In this document: piece after piece, positions 11,701 through 23,461 of the stretch
How positions within the stretch are numbered: position 1 is the stretch's first letter
Layout: each line of letters starts with the position of its first letter
Assembly (NCBI GenBank): GCA_965644315.1
Contig: CBFFRQ010000032.1
Span: forward strand, 620,001-684,000
DNA from: Caecitellus pseudoparvulus
Lineage: Eukaryota > Protista > Bigyra: Bicosoecida
DNA: 64,000 bases
Reading direction: 5' to 3'
The notes under the pieces: model-generated
Seen by the model: only the letters and a program-made list of their open reading frames with translations
Database searches by the model: none
What the model was told of the DNA's origin: nothing
Position numbers and translations under genes: made by a program

Positions 11701-14089
11701 GGGGTGTGTCGGGCGCCTCAGGCTCCATGCTGCTCTGGGCTGCAGCGCCTGGTAGAGACAGCTGCGGCAAAGAGCCACCAGCTTCCTTGGGCTCTGCCAC
11801 TGTCGCGGGCTGCATCGCAGGCTCCTGTGAGACTCCTGCCTCGTCTTCCTCGGCCTCTGAATCTGCTTCTTCTTCAGGAACGCTCGGGAGAGTGCCCACA
11901 CTCTCAGCAGCAGCCAGGAGATCCGCTGCACGCTGGACTGCGTAGAAGTCTCCATGTGTCCTCAAGTCTGCCTTGCGGCGAGCGAGGAATTCCCGCATTC
12001 CGGCAAGGGATGTGGAGGGGGCCTTGCTGCGCCACGATGCACCTGGCGACAAGCGGGCGTCTTCAGGCAAGCAAAAACTGTGCACAGTCCGCAGCCGAGG
12101 CCGCGCCTCTGCAGCAATGCTGAGCTGCGCTCCACTGTCCGCTTGTGTCTCCGGATTCGCTGTCGGGCGCATGCCAGCCACGCTAGGCTGCGGCACATGC
12201 TCCAGGGGCGCAGCGCGTGCTTCAGCAGCTTTGCCCGCGAGCAGTACTTGCTGTTGCACCCTGCGTAAGGAGCGTTCCTGGGACCGCGCTGTGCTGAGGG
12301 CCATCTGGGCCAGCATACGCTGCGAGAAGTGGCCCCGGGTGCGCTGCCGGGCCTTGATGAAGCGGGCTCGCTCCTTGGACTCCTCCGTGACCCCGAAAGC
12401 ATTGCCTGCATCGGCCCCATCCTCACCACTGCGCAGGCCCGAGTTGAGCAGCTGCCGCGCGACAGACGCGTCAGTGGCCAGGGTGTCCAGCGTCTGCCGT
12501 GCCCTTCGACGGAGCGCTTGGTGCTGTGCCTGCAGAGCAGTGGCCTGCGCTGAGGCGGCACTCACAGTGCCCCATGGTCCCTCCACCTGCCCCATGGGAC
12601 CCAGTGCCAAATGCTCAACAGATGCAGTGGACGGCAAGGCAGTGATGAAGGTATCGTCAGCTGGGTCAGGCGGTGCTGGAGGTGCTGCTGGCAGCTGCCG
12701 GGCGGGAGTCTGGCCCAGTCCCGCCTCCCTGCCATCGGCTTCGGAATGTGGGATACCTGAAGCAGCGGGCGAGGCGGGGGACTCAGGCGCAAGGTTCGAG
12801 GCGCCGCTGGGCTCAGTAGGGGGGGGACCGGACATGCGCTGCACTTGCAACCCAGGCTGAGCCGGGCGCGTTGGTGCCTGCCAGACTGGCGGAGGAATGG
12901 GAACATCGCTAAGCGACGGGAGAGCCACTCGGGGCAGATTTGCCGGCGTTCCATTCCGCATGGGAGATGCCAGGCCTAGCACTCCGAAGCGGCCCCGCGT
13001 TGTGGCTCGGCGTTGCGCCGGCACTGTCGGCCCAGGCGGGGGCTCCACTGGAACTGGCTGTCCTGACGCAACGCGCAGTGTGCGACCAGGCCGGCGCCTG
13101 TCGGAGGGCAGGGTGCGGCGACTGGCGTCGTCAGCTGTTGGGCCGGTTGTGTCTTCTGTTTGAGACCTTTCACCAGCTCCAGCTCCTCCTTCCTGGTCAC
13201 TGCTTGCAGAGCCCTCCGCCTCGCTGGAGGCGGGAGAGGTGGGGCGAGGCAAGACGGTGTCTCCCACCACAATCACTCCGCCGCCAGGGGAGGACAGGAT
13301 GAAGTCAGGGGCCAGGCGCTGGGCCACACCAGAGTCCAGCGCTAACGTGGCTTCCATGAGTCCCTCCGCCAAGTGCCGCTTCAGCCAGGCGGAGTCTTGG
13401 GCAGCTGCTTCTCGAGTCAGGGCATACTCCTCCTCCACAGCTGCGGCGTCCATGCCGCGCATGATGCTGCGGTCCAAGTCGGCCGCGGCGTGAGCCAGCA
13501 GGTCCGCAGACAAGCGCCGGTCGTCTGCGAGCTGGTCCAGGCGGGCGCTGGCGACGAGCATGGCCACCATATCAGCCCCAGAAGCCTTGGAGGGACTTCT
13601 AACGCCTGGCACGTGCACCATGCCGCCCGTATCGCTGATGGTGACGCCTGCCCGCAACGCACGGTGGGCGGCCAGGTCGCTGCGCGACAGGGCCGATCTG
13701 CTGGCTGAGGCTTGCAAAATGCTCTCTGTGCTGGCCGAGTGTGCCTGCTGCAGGAGTGTCATGAGACTTGGAGCTCCTCGTTGTCCGCTCTGCTGCCCCT
13801 GCAGTATCGGAGGTGACTCAGGGGGGCGCACAAACAGTTCCGAGGCCGCGTTTGGGTTCCGCAGCGGCCGCGTCGCAACGCGACCCTGCGAGGCACCGCG
13901 CCGGCCGCGCCCTGGACCACGCGAAGGGGAAGCGAGGGCAACAGAGCGCCCTGCTCTAGATATCATACGTGAGCCGCTTCCGTGGGCCGGGGCCCCTGCT
14001 TGGTTGGGGGCTGCGCTGGGCAGACTGGCGGTGCTGGCTCCGCCACCCCATGCACCCACTTCCCCAGTGCTGCCTGAAGGCGCTGCCAT
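8789..14089 (-). CDS. Large intronless Ala/Pro/Ser-rich hypothetical protein (~1770 aa), largely disordered with short coiled-coil segments
   Basis: A 5.3-kb uninterrupted frame whose first ATG is in the gccATGG context seen for other genes here. No domain recognised. Confidence 0.7.
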   Translation of the reverse strand: MAAPSGSTGEVGAWGGGASTASLPSAAPNQAGAPAHGSGSRMISRAGRSVALASPSRGPGRGRRGASQGRVATRPLRNPNAASELFVRPPESPPILQGQQSGQRGAPSLMTLLQQAHSASTESILQASASRSALSRSDLAAHRALRAGVTISDTGGMVHVPGVRSPSKASGADMVAMLVASARLDQLADDRRLSADLLAHAAADLDRSIMRGMDAAAVEEEYALTREAAAQDSAWLKRHLAEGLMEATLALDSGVAQRLAPDFILSSPGGGVIVVGDTVLPRPTSPASSEAEGSASSDQEGGAGAGERSQTEDTTGPTADDASRRTLPSDRRRPGRTLRVASGQPVPVEPPPGPTVPAQRRATTRGRFGVLGLASPMRNGTPANLPRVALPSLSDVPIPPPVWQAPTRPAQPGLQVQRMSGPPPTEPSGASNLAPESPASPAASGIPHSEADGREAGLGQTPARQLPAAPPAPPDPADDTFITALPSTASVEHLALGPMGQVEGPWGTVSAASAQATALQAQHQALRRRARQTLDTLATDASVARQLLNSGLRSGEDGADAGNAFGVTEESKERARFIKARQRTRGHFSQRMLAQMALSTARSQERSLRRVQQQVLLAGKAAEARAAPLEHVPQPSVAGMRPTANPETQADSGAQLSIAAEARPRLRTVHSFCLPEDARLSPGASWRSKAPSTSLAGMREFLARRKADLRTHGDFYAVQRAADLLAAAESVGTLPSVPEEEADSEAEEDEAGVSQEPAMQPATVAEPKEAGGSLPQLSLPGAAAQSSMEPEAPDTPPPPRPGMLRLRQSQRHQSGPPRSPLVARPLSAPDAATGVLCVQGMAALPADVRLPGAPLAAPSSSVAAQPVSIAMAAAAIADMQAAAGALSPLAMYRGLFLDPAGHPALLAHRARQSMLQGRAQRALDASTRSLLRESGSVADVACLAQSAVPLGTGIDEHAATFSAPEDLGGRLLGHVLDVPSPSRDRSRGVFAPTVVDPPSPTRITPIHQVHHRAQALGPDGGQAVTLLRPAARGARERGTGQGSLASQDSASNSPRHLPDTLAAARFVHTTSQHRSRVRSRALAGSVHVAATFKASPGGGSTQEVVQDVAMRPRSTATFRHDSLPAAGGPLHLAPVKDADLLAMAHDAIQAAAASGADKTARPSSPLPPYIDRVPTKLRSYDAHAVQSVRGDTYTLSAAGQAVPGAGSTRVGALGLPEEEAGDLAETHRRRSAREAAGELASATTGGYSRLLARSAALNSDSHLVSEVQSRSPRVQGGVAASATRGTGAPKSRPRHLEDEVDSDTRARLLQHTLQHRSQQEVTARAILANARKLEQTRRNAGQALSTTLPGGTAASEPASLEQRRAGVALLSSVAKEPRTVAAAAEVLAAHMLSSTARSAPGGSNAAGGVGLRRAAAEAVHGLATTLPPGFTNPAAAVAHRRRQADAAAAAVARSEAAAHSDATDPFRTTERLVKAAAGVPRLDVERLTSGRRGGGSSSKNGGRDEGDTSAPTFNLPLHLRFPSPAIVKWLKKSGAMETTEGRYAAVRLRRPDADSEAVPSAPHPVTRLIGDGVLRELGLMGGPADGVGGDAGSASGGVSARLSAFQGTQPPTDSRRRPGSRKRARTPVLRSPSPASPDEGGHKDSPVASPPGQGKTPLADASQLRSATKAAAEAALLRARAASPVARGGAGSGDPGTSRQRTGRRGTARGTSGRVLSSKRGASLCKFKIATSTDDAVLGGGDPAGYADDAVATDPATLIRWLKQYE

Positions 14090-14933
14090 GGCCGGCAAGG
14101 AGGAGGGTGCCAAGGCTCAGCAGTCACGGCCCCAGTGCTGAAGAGGCCCTGATCAGCGCGAGCGTGCCCGCTTTCAGGCTGAGCGAGGTGGAGAGCTGGC
14201 TTGAGGCACTGCTCCTCAGTCGCAACCTCAGCGCAGGACTATCCTGCTCGCGCGAAAGGTTGCCCAATCGCACAAGAGAGGTCATGGACAAGTATGCAGT
14301 GATTATGGGCAACCATTTCTGAGATCGTTCGATTTTGCGTGCTCCTGGCGGTGCGCCACGGCAGTTTGCACGCTCGAAGGCAAGACTACCCGTGTAGGAG
14401 AGAAAGAGGAAAGGAAGCAAGGAGCATGCATCAGTGATTTTTCGGCTCTGAAATGCGCCCTTCTTTCACGTTGCAAATGCGCCGGTTCATTGCTGAAACG
14501 GGGCCAGTGTGCAGTGGCCACTGCCAACGCAGAGGCCCTGCATGCTTGCTTGTGAGCGTGGGGACAGCACACCTGGGAGCGACAGGGAGTCCCCTGCTCT
14601 GCCCTGTTATGGCTGATGACGTGCTTACGCTCTGCCTGAGGTGGGTGTGCCCTGTGCAGGGCGGGCAAGGTTGAAGAGTGCGCGGGGCGAAACGCCAGCA
14701 AAGCGGCACCCCCCTCCACACCCCGCCAAAGCTCGAGCCTGCCGTTCAATGGAGAAAGCGGCGTGCGTGCCACGTTCTGGTTACAAGATATACTTGCGGT
14801 TCCTCCAACCAGCGGGGTGTAATGAGGCGCGCATGCAGTTGAACGCCGGCACCACATTTGAACTCCTCGTCTCCTGATGCCAACCCGCTCAACCCGCACT
14901 CTCTTGTCCCAGAAAACCCTAAGATAGTGTACC

Positions 14934-16887
14934 ATGGCCGACTCCGTTGCAGAACGGGGCCAGAATGCCCCTGTACCTCCACCAAGCTACCCGCAGACTG
15001 ATGTAGAGACTGGAGGCAAGCCAGTTGAGGGCATTCCGCAGGACCCATCAACGACTACCGCTCCGCCCGCAGCCGGTGAAGGCCAAGAATCAGGAGGTTC
15101 ACGAGGCTCATCAAGTGCATCAGGCAATGAGGCAAGCCCACATACTGGCTCTGAGGGCCGCCTGCAACGTGTAGGATCAGTCCTGGAACGCGGCTCCTCA
15201 ATGGGTGGACAGCAGCAGCCACCCACTGGCGGATCAGAGAAGGATGACTCCGGAGAGCGCAATGCCACCGGAGCTGCTGCCCCTGGCGTGGAGGAGTGGG
15301 AATCCAGTAACGAAGGCCCCTTTTCGCCATCTTCATCCCTTTCACGCACATCTGCGACGTGCTGTGGTCTGCTTTTCATTGGTACGCTCATTTCGTCGCC
15401 GCGATGATGGTGCAGCTGCTGCAATTTGTAGCTTCCGCACCCCACCACCCCTTTCTCCTTCGTGTTCTATGCAGGCCTGTTCATGTTCGGTGCGATACTC
15501 CAGGCAGCATCCCCACTGGAGCACCTTTCACGCCTTGCACTGCCTCGCCATTCTCTCCCATGCAGGCATCATCAGTGAGCTTGCAGAAGATGGCCAGACC
15601 CTGTCCATGATTGAGGATGAGCTGCCATTCAGTGGAGAGCGCCTGGTTGCCTCTTGCTGTGCTGACCAGTTCGACGCCAAGCACCTGAAGTCAGAGGTTG
15701 ACTGGCTGACAACCTTCATTGTGAGTCTCCACATGCGTTCCCAGCTCTGTCTCGTGGCACGGCAGGCGCGCGCTCCTCCACCACAGGTGCTGCAAAGCAT
15801 CGCCCTGGCTGCCGGCGCCTGCGGCATGTGCTCTGTAGTCCTGGCTGCCAAGAACGCTGTGGGTGAAGAGGGGGACGCCTTGACCCCCTCCTCTGTCCTG
15901 CGAGCGCTGGCACAGCCACTGGCAAGTGTTGGGGCCGCTGGCCTGGTCAAGTGGCTCATCTACGCCAGCCTCTTCAACAAGCTGCGGTACTGGGGCATGC
16001 TGGAAACAGACGTGGACTCTGCCTTCACCTCCAGCTACGTGTTCGGAGAGTTTGGGCCTCTGAACGAGGCTGAGCTGCCGGGGCACATGCTGGCCCAGGT
16101 GAAGCGCATTGGGGGCAACGCCTCCCGAAACCTGTTCCTTGTGCTTCTCCTGGCACTCAGCGGGGGCCGGCTGGATTTGGTGGCGCAGTTGGCACTGCCT
16201 GTGGTGGCAGTGGTTGCGACCTTCATGACCATCCCGTCTAGCCTCGTCACGATGTTCATGCATGGCCAGCGTGTGGACCTGTTCACAGGGTACCTGGACA
16301 CCGTGGAGGTGCCGCCGGGTGCTGGGCCTGGCACTGACTACAACAACCTGACATGGACGGGCACAGCCAACGCAGGCCTGGAGCCGAACGAACGCCAGAA
16401 CCTGCTTCTGGCTGACTGGGTCTTCATTCCCTCCATGCTCACTGTCCTCTTGCTGGGCGTGGTCGTGATGTTATACGGAATCGTGCGCGCCGCTGCATGC
16501 TCGGCCTGTGGACGGACACACGAGAAACAGGTGTCGCGGGGCTTGGCCATGATTGGGGCGCCCATGGCCGCAGCAGGCTGTGGGGCTGCAGTGTGCTGCT
16601 CCCTCATTGCGGCGCCACTGCTGGGCGTGGCCGCCACGCAATACCGTGACTCCTGGCCAGAAGGTGAGACGTACCTGTCCTTCACGGAGGCGCAGTTCAG
16701 TCCAGACGCCAGCCGTGCAGCATTTGAGGGTGCCTTGGTGCCTCTCATCGTGCTAATGTCTGGCCTGCCCGTGCTTGGTGTGTGCATCGCATTGGTGGTG
16801 CGCATGGTGGCATCCCCAGAGGATGCCGAAGCTGCGCTGCGGTCCAACCCAGCTCTCGCCCGGGCTAGCCAAGTGCCGGGTGCGTGA
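14934..16887 (+). CDS. Hypothetical multi-pass membrane protein with disordered N-terminus (intron-containing; boundaries approximate)
   Basis: accATGG start followed by an acidic low-complexity N-terminus. Many hydrophobic stretches follow, e.g. LFLVLLLALSG, LALPVVAVVATFM, WVFIPSMLTVLLLGVVVMLYGIV and LVPLIVLMSGLPVLGVCIALVV. Confidence 0.65.
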
Positions 16888-17060
16888 GTGCGGGCTAGTT
16901 GACGCTTCACGCATGGTGGTACATAATACACACCTGAGAATGAAGAACGATGTGCCTTTCATGGCTGTGAAGTTGCCGTGAGCACTGCTGCGTGCATCAA
17001 GCTCGAACTGTGTGGCAACAGAGCCAAGGCCAGGGTTTGCACACACGGTACGTTGGGCAC

Positions 17061-18997
17061 ATGGCCGGTGGGAGCGCGCAGGGTACAGGCCCAGGTCTCC
17101 TGTTTCGCGAGCTGATGGAGAATCGTGAACGGGTGTTGGCACTGGAGGAGAGGGTGGCTGCACTGCAGGAGGAGCTGTGGGAGGCACGGGAGGCGGCGAG
17201 GGCTGCCGAGGAGGAAGCAGCTGGAGCCGTGCACGCAGCGAAGCGCCTGGAATACGCGAACAAGCACGTCACAGGCCTTCTAGAAAGAGAACGTGATAAA
17301 GTTGCTGAAGTGCAGCGCGAAACTGGGGAACGATTGGCCAGAGCCGAGCATGTAGGTGGCGCTTTGTGCAGTACCTTGCGTTACGGCTGAAACGGCAGAC
17401 ACCCCTCGTTGCTCAGGCTCGCGCATCACACTACACTGCATGGAGAGAACTCCGAGGTTCGATGCACGCATTTGTGAAACACCAGGAGTCCTACATGTCC
17501 CAGTTGGGGCCGCTTGTGGTGGCATCAAGTCCCAGCCGTGCCGTACTGGCGCTCATCCGCAGCATGGGACTGGCAGTGGATGCGGCAGTCAATGCGCTTG
17601 AGCGGCATCAGCAGATCGGGGCTGCCGATCACGAGCAGGCGAAGCACATGAGTGCAAGCCAACCGAGTGCACTGGATGTACCGGGGGTGTTCGAGCAACT
17701 TGCACAGAGCGGGGCGAGACCAGCCGCAGAGCAAGACCATTCACATGCCGGGTCGCCCACGAGCTCTGAAGGAACACCAGCTCCTTCCCAGAAAGCAGGG
17801 CACCGTGGCAAGACGAAAGCACGTCAGGCAGGGAAGGTGCAGCGTGGCCAGCGCCGGCGCCTGCCCCCGCAGTCTCGGCGGCAGCCCAAAGAACCACGGG
17901 CTGCCTCGGCTCCGCGGGCGGCGAAGCGCCCTGAAAAACCTGCTCCTGTGGTCGATCACGAGGGCAGCAGCATCGTGAGCACTCCTCAACAAGAGTTGCT
18001 GCGCTCCCTCGCGTACACTGCCCGGTGCGCTCAGGAGGAGGCGACCGTGGCCATAGCTGCAGTCCAGCAGCGGGACGCCACCATCGCCATCTTGCAGAAA
18101 AAGCTGGCGGCAAACGCACCAGCAGCTGCAGTTGCGTTGGACGCTGCTCATGAATTGGCCGCCAGCTCTGCTCGACTGGCTGCGATGAAGGCAGGCTCGT
18201 CAGGTACGGTGTCAACCTCAGACTCGTCCCTCGCACACAAAGACTCCGCCCCGCCATTCATCTGGCGGTCAGAAGGGACTGCGCAGTTCTACGAGTCACC
18301 AAGCAGTGTGGGCAGCAGGGAAGAGACTAGTTCACCCATGGGGAGAAATGTGGGGCGCGCCAGCACTCCGGACAAGTCCCATTCAAATCGCAGCGGTGCT
18401 ACTGCAGATTTTGACCTGCTAGGCATGCAAGCACCAGCACCAGCACCAAGTCTAGCTGCACCCCCTGCGCCTGCCGGGCTGCCCATACCTGTGCATGTGC
18501 CAGCTTCAGCGCCTGCCCCGGTGTCAGCACAACCAAGCGGCGCAAGCCTGGTGGCAAGCATGCACTCCATGCCAGCGGCTGCACCCCCCACCCTGCCTGC
18601 GTCAGGGGGACGGGCTAAGCCTGGTCGCAAGGGCAGGGTGCGCGGGGGCGGCCGGGCGGACACGGGCGTTTCCACGCGGCAGCACGAAGCCTTGCGTGAT
18701 GACTCTGGTGACTTTGCAGGCTGGAAAGGCCGGGCAGAGGGCATGGAAGCCGTCCAACCCATGGAGCACCACGAAGTACTTCTGCACGAGGCTGCTGGGG
18801 CAGCGGCTGCTGTGGAAGAGTACCTTGGCGCGCCAAGCCAAGGGCGAAGGCTGGAGCCGCCATCCACCCTGGATGAGGACATTTCTCAGCTAGAAGCGTC
18901 AGTTTCAGCACTAGGATTCACCAGCAGCAGTGGCGGGAGCCAGTCAGGGGTGGATGGTAGCTCTGTCCCAACTTACAGCACCCAGGGCGGCCCCTGA
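17061..18997 (+). CDS. Hypothetical coiled-coil/low-complexity protein (1 probable intron near 17352-17417)
   Basis: Heptad-rich N-terminus (RVLALEERVAALQEELWEARE…) continuing into the 17366-18997 ORF via a GT-AG intron. Confidence 0.6.
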
Positions 18998-19394
18998 AGC
19001 GCTCTGGAAGGGATGGCCTTGAGCCAGCTGCCCAGCTGCTCCAAGGATTGCCGTGGAGGGGGGTGAGGGTGGCCAGGGGCAGTTGCCATTGCCGTGAAGC
19101 ACCACCATTGGGCTGTCATAGTATACTAAAATCCAAACAGTGAGTCTTCCCTGTCTCACTGCTCTCCCCTCGAAGCGTTGCCGAGTGCGCTGTTGAGGAG
19201 CGGAAAATGCAGCCAATGCTGCCCGTGCCGCTGCTCTCTTCATTCGCATCTAATCCTCGTCAAAAAGGCGCAGCTCAAGTGGAGTGTGCGTGGAACCACG
19301 TTCTTGCTCAGGCGTTTGCTCGTGCGGGACGCGAAAGGCTCTAGTTTGCCATCCTTTGCTGGGGACATTCTGTGACAGATTGTCGCCGCCAGAC

Positions 19395-22300
19395 ATGGAC
19401 AGCCGCAAGCGCAGCAAAGGGAGGAATGGTATCTCGTGCAAGGCTTGCCAGAAAGCAAAGCGGAAGTGTGACGGCAAGGTGCGTGGAACGTCTGCCTTTC
19501 CTGTGTTGCGCCGTCACCAGCATCGCGACGCGATGAAACGCCAGTTTGCCTCCTGGCTTGCCCAACATGCACGCATTGCCGTCGCGGTTCCTTGCTCAGC
19601 GTCCGTGCTCAAGGTGTGCCCGCTTGGGCATTGAGTGCACTGATGGTGATGCTGCTCAGAAGCTGAAGCAAGCCAGGGCCGAGAAGCGCAAGGCAGCGGC
19701 GCTGGCAGCCGCAAGCATTGGCACAGCCATGCAGATGCCGGTGGGCAGCACGCCAGACCCTGAAGCAGCTGCGATGTTCACTCAAGCCACACAGATGTTC
19801 ACGGTCAGCGTGGGGGACATTCGGCTTCCCCCCAACGTTTACATGACTGGGCTGGGCGGCATGAAGCGCCCACGGGAACAGGTGTGTCGCTCCTGAGCGC
19901 CGAGGCCCGCCAACGCTCCTGGTCAACACACTCCTCCTTCTTGCTGTGCGCAGTCCACCCCCTCTCCGGGCAGCATGGGATCTATGGGGGGGCGCTCCAA
20001 CCCGCAGGACCCCTCTGCGGCCTCCACAGCGTCGGTCCCATCCCCTGTGGCGACCCCCTCCGGTGCAGCTTCAGTGCCTGCCCCGCCCAAGTGCGTTGCG
20101 GGGGTCCCTGCGCCGGCGCCACACTCGCAGACAAGCCCAGCCCTTCACTCCTCGCTGCTCCTCCTCCATCCCACAGGCTGCAGCGCGTGGACAGTGGAGA
20201 AGGCGGCGTGGCCTTGCCTCGCTCCCTCGGCCCGCTGCTCACGCCAGAAACTCTCAGCACGTTGTCAGGGGCTGTGCCCCCCCCTCCCATTGCAAGCGAT
20301 GATGTGGACAGTGTGACAGGCGGAGTGAGCGCCGAGGCAAAATTGCGGGCTCTGGAGCACTCCAACCCACACGCACCCTTGTTTGGGGCCACAGTCCCCG
20401 ACTTGGACTCGTTCGAGGAGGGCGACTGGCTGCAGCAACCTCTGGGCGACTTGAGCCCTGTGCACGGTACAGACGGCTCCACTGGCGCAGAGAGTGCCGG
20501 TGGGGCATCTTCTCCCCCCCTGTTTGACTACCTGGGGCTGCTGGCTGATGATGCAACTGCTGCCGGAGTTGACCACGCGGCGCTATTCACGCCTTCCTTC
20601 ACCCGGGACTTGGCAGTTGCAGATGCCACTGCCATGGCAGCCGCATCCATCTCTGCCACAGCAGGCGTGTCGAGGTCGCAACGAGCCCAAGCCGCGGCAC
20701 TGGCCGCCAAAGCACGGCTTGCCGCTGTCGCTGCGATGCGGGGGGCTGCCATTGCCTCCATGTCCACTGGCGTGCCTGCCACCCAACTCCTCCCATTCAC
20801 GGGTGCGGCAGGTGCAAGTGCAGACCAGACTGCCCAGGAAGATGACGCTGATGCGCTGTTCTCCAAGGACATGGCCTCGGAAGCTGGATTGCTGCCAGGG
20901 AGCTGCTCCGAGCTTGTGCCACACGAAGCGGTGCGGTTCAACCGTGGGTTCTTCGCGCGGCGAGCTCAAGACTCAGGCATCGACGTATACGCACTGGCAC
21001 AGCGCGTGAAGGATCTCCTCCTGACGGAGGATTCCTCTGCTCTCTTCCGGGCAACTTCCCAATCGTCAGGCTCGCTTCCCGTCCGACTGGTTGAAAGCGT
21101 CTCCCCTGAGCTGCAGCGCTTGCTCGTGCACCACCTGCGCGCATCTGCTGGAGTGGCTCACGCCCTAGCCCCAAGCGTCCAGCGCAACTTGGCATATGAC
21201 TTCGTCTTTGATGGCTTGCACTTGACCATGGGTGGCCTGGCTGCTGTCGTGGTGGCCTTTGACGAGGATGAGGATGAAGCGCTCAGCCCCGACTGTGTGC
21301 CCATCGTCATGGCCTCCACGCGCTCTGTGCGCACAGCTGAGGATGGGGGAGCGTCGGCCACAACCCCTCCCAACGAAAGCTCGCAGAGGCGCTGGCACAT
21401 GGCACAAGATCTCCTAGAGCGTGCGGGGCAGACTGTCCTCCCCCTCTCCATGCTCTTCGCTCGCTTTCCACACCTGCCCAGGTTGGCAGCAGAGGCAGCG
21501 CCTGCCGACCTAGCTGCCTGCTCAGCCTACCTGTCGGCTCTGGGTAGCGGGCTGTCACGCCCGCCCCCTGTGGAGGTGGTTGAGTTGTACCGTCGCCACA
21601 TTCAGCAGCTGGCTGTGCCAACTATTCGTGTGCTGTTCCCCGCGAACACCCACTTGCCCCTGGCTATGCACATGAACACTGCAGCTGCTCGCCTCTTTGG
21701 GTTGAGCGCGGAAACTCTGCGGAAAGCCTTGACGTCCCCGCACCCTGACCGCTCACGCAGCTTGAACTGGACTCACCCTTCCATCCTCCTTCGGCGCGTG
21801 CTGGCCTCTGTGGGCTCCAAGAATCACGGGCTATTTTCGTACCAATTCGAAGGGCAGTACCTACGCATCATCCACACACCCACAGGGCACCCCATGGACG
21901 CGCCTGAGCCTCTGTACTCTCCCTTCTACGGCGTGGAGACGGCACACCGGGAGGTGTACCCGGACGGCAGCACTTGTGCCGTGACGTCGTACTTCTCCGA
22001 TGTTGTCTTCACTCGGCAGCGTGTCGGACTGAGCCAGTTGCGAGGGTCCACCTCAGAGCTGGATGCCATCGAGTCCCTCATTTTGAACGGGCAGCAGTAC
22101 CCAGAAGTCAAGGCAGCCATGCGACGCCAGGGCACCAGCTGCACTTCGGTCGCCCTGTGGAGCTCCCTGGATTACTCCTCAAGGCGGGTGCTCTTGCGAG
22201 CCCTCTCCATTGCCTTTGGCAGCGCGCCATCCCCTGTGCTGCCCCCTTCTGCTGCTGGGGGCCAAAGCCTGCCTTCTTCCCAAATGATGCACGGAGTGAG

Positions 22301-23063
22301 TGTGTCGGCCCGGCCGGGTGGCGCGCCGGGGTCTGTGCACACTCTCAACATCGGCCAGGCCGGAGATGAAAGGGGGGCAGGTGCTGACCACCCCACCGAG
22401 GGCGCGACTCAGGACCCTGTGCAGCTGGTGCTCGGTAACCCTGGCATGCGGTCGCTCATGCGGGCGTTTGAAGCCCACGCCCAAGGCGGTCCCGCCGTGA
22501 ACCTGCACCCGCTGGACATCGCACAGCTGTCAGGCCTGTTCGAGACGTACCAAGGCATGACCCCCCTGCAGCAAGCCCATGTGGTGGTGAAGCTTCCCGC
22601 GGGGATGGCTGCGATGGTCTCCGCCATCCTGGGAGTGCCGCCGCCGTCCGAGGATTTGTTGCGTGAGGCGCGCGGAGAGCCACCCGCAGCCGTGCCAGGC
22701 GTCCCACAAGTCGGCTCCCCAGATATCCCTCAGAGTTCCCAAGGTGCACTTGATGCCGCTGCAGATTCCGCGCCAGCAGCCTCGGCAGGGCTGGCTGGGG
22801 AGGAACCGCTCCCTGCTGCTGAGCGTGACATGCACATGGAGGCCCAAGCACCCGCAGAGCGGCTACTGAGGCTGCAGCCGCTGCTGCGCAAGGCTGTCGG
22901 AGACGAGCTCATGAAGGTAGTGCGGCAGGAGATGCTGAGCAGCCTCAGCGTGCAGCGTGAGCACTTCCTGAACTTGAACGTGGGGGATGACGTGCTGCGC
23001 ATTGTCCGGGCCCCTTCCGTCGTCACTGAAGTGGCGTCAGGAGCAGAGCCTGGGGCTCTATGA
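19395..23063 (+). CDS. Zn(II)2Cys6 binuclear-cluster transcription factor with a PAS-like domain (introns 19479-19599, ~19882-19953, ~20091-20177)
   Basis: Splicing intron 1 reconstitutes SCKACQKAKRKCDGK/RPCSRCARLGIECT, a C-x2-C-x6-C-x5-C-x2-C-x6-C pattern, followed by a basic coiled-coil. A PAS-like segment lies at ~21620-22005. Confidence 0.85.
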
Positions 23064-23461
23064 GCCGCCAGCCAGCCCCCCCTGCTCCATGTTCCTTGCT
23101 TTGTCCTCCCTTGCCCATTTCATGTTCAATTCGCCGTCCAATGCATTTACTTCCGTTCCACCCCTCACGCCTGCTTGCTGCCATGAAGCGCAGCTCGTCA
23201 CGCCTCTCAAAATCAGCCGTTGAAAACAGTAGCTGGTGTGCTATGGAGCGGTATACAGCGTGGATTTACGAACCCCCTGTGCTCCAAGTGCCGCTCGTGG
23301 CCGCTGGCCTTCCCGCAGCTGCGAGCGTTTCGTTGCTTTTGCCACCACGCCTGCCACGCGGCGGTAGGCCACGAGCCGTGCACGGAGTGCTTTGCAGCCG
23401 AATTGATGAGTGCAGCTTTGCACACCCATAAAGTACGAGGTGTTCTGATATAGAACCCCTC

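Noticed and set aside
14290-14930. Possible tRNA, snoRNA or transposon remnant in the longer intergenic gaps (also 26850-27300 and 61270-62000)
   Set aside because: No cloverleaf or T-loop, box motifs, terminal repeats or transposase fragments were seen by eye. An Infernal/Rfam scan would be needed to exclude them.
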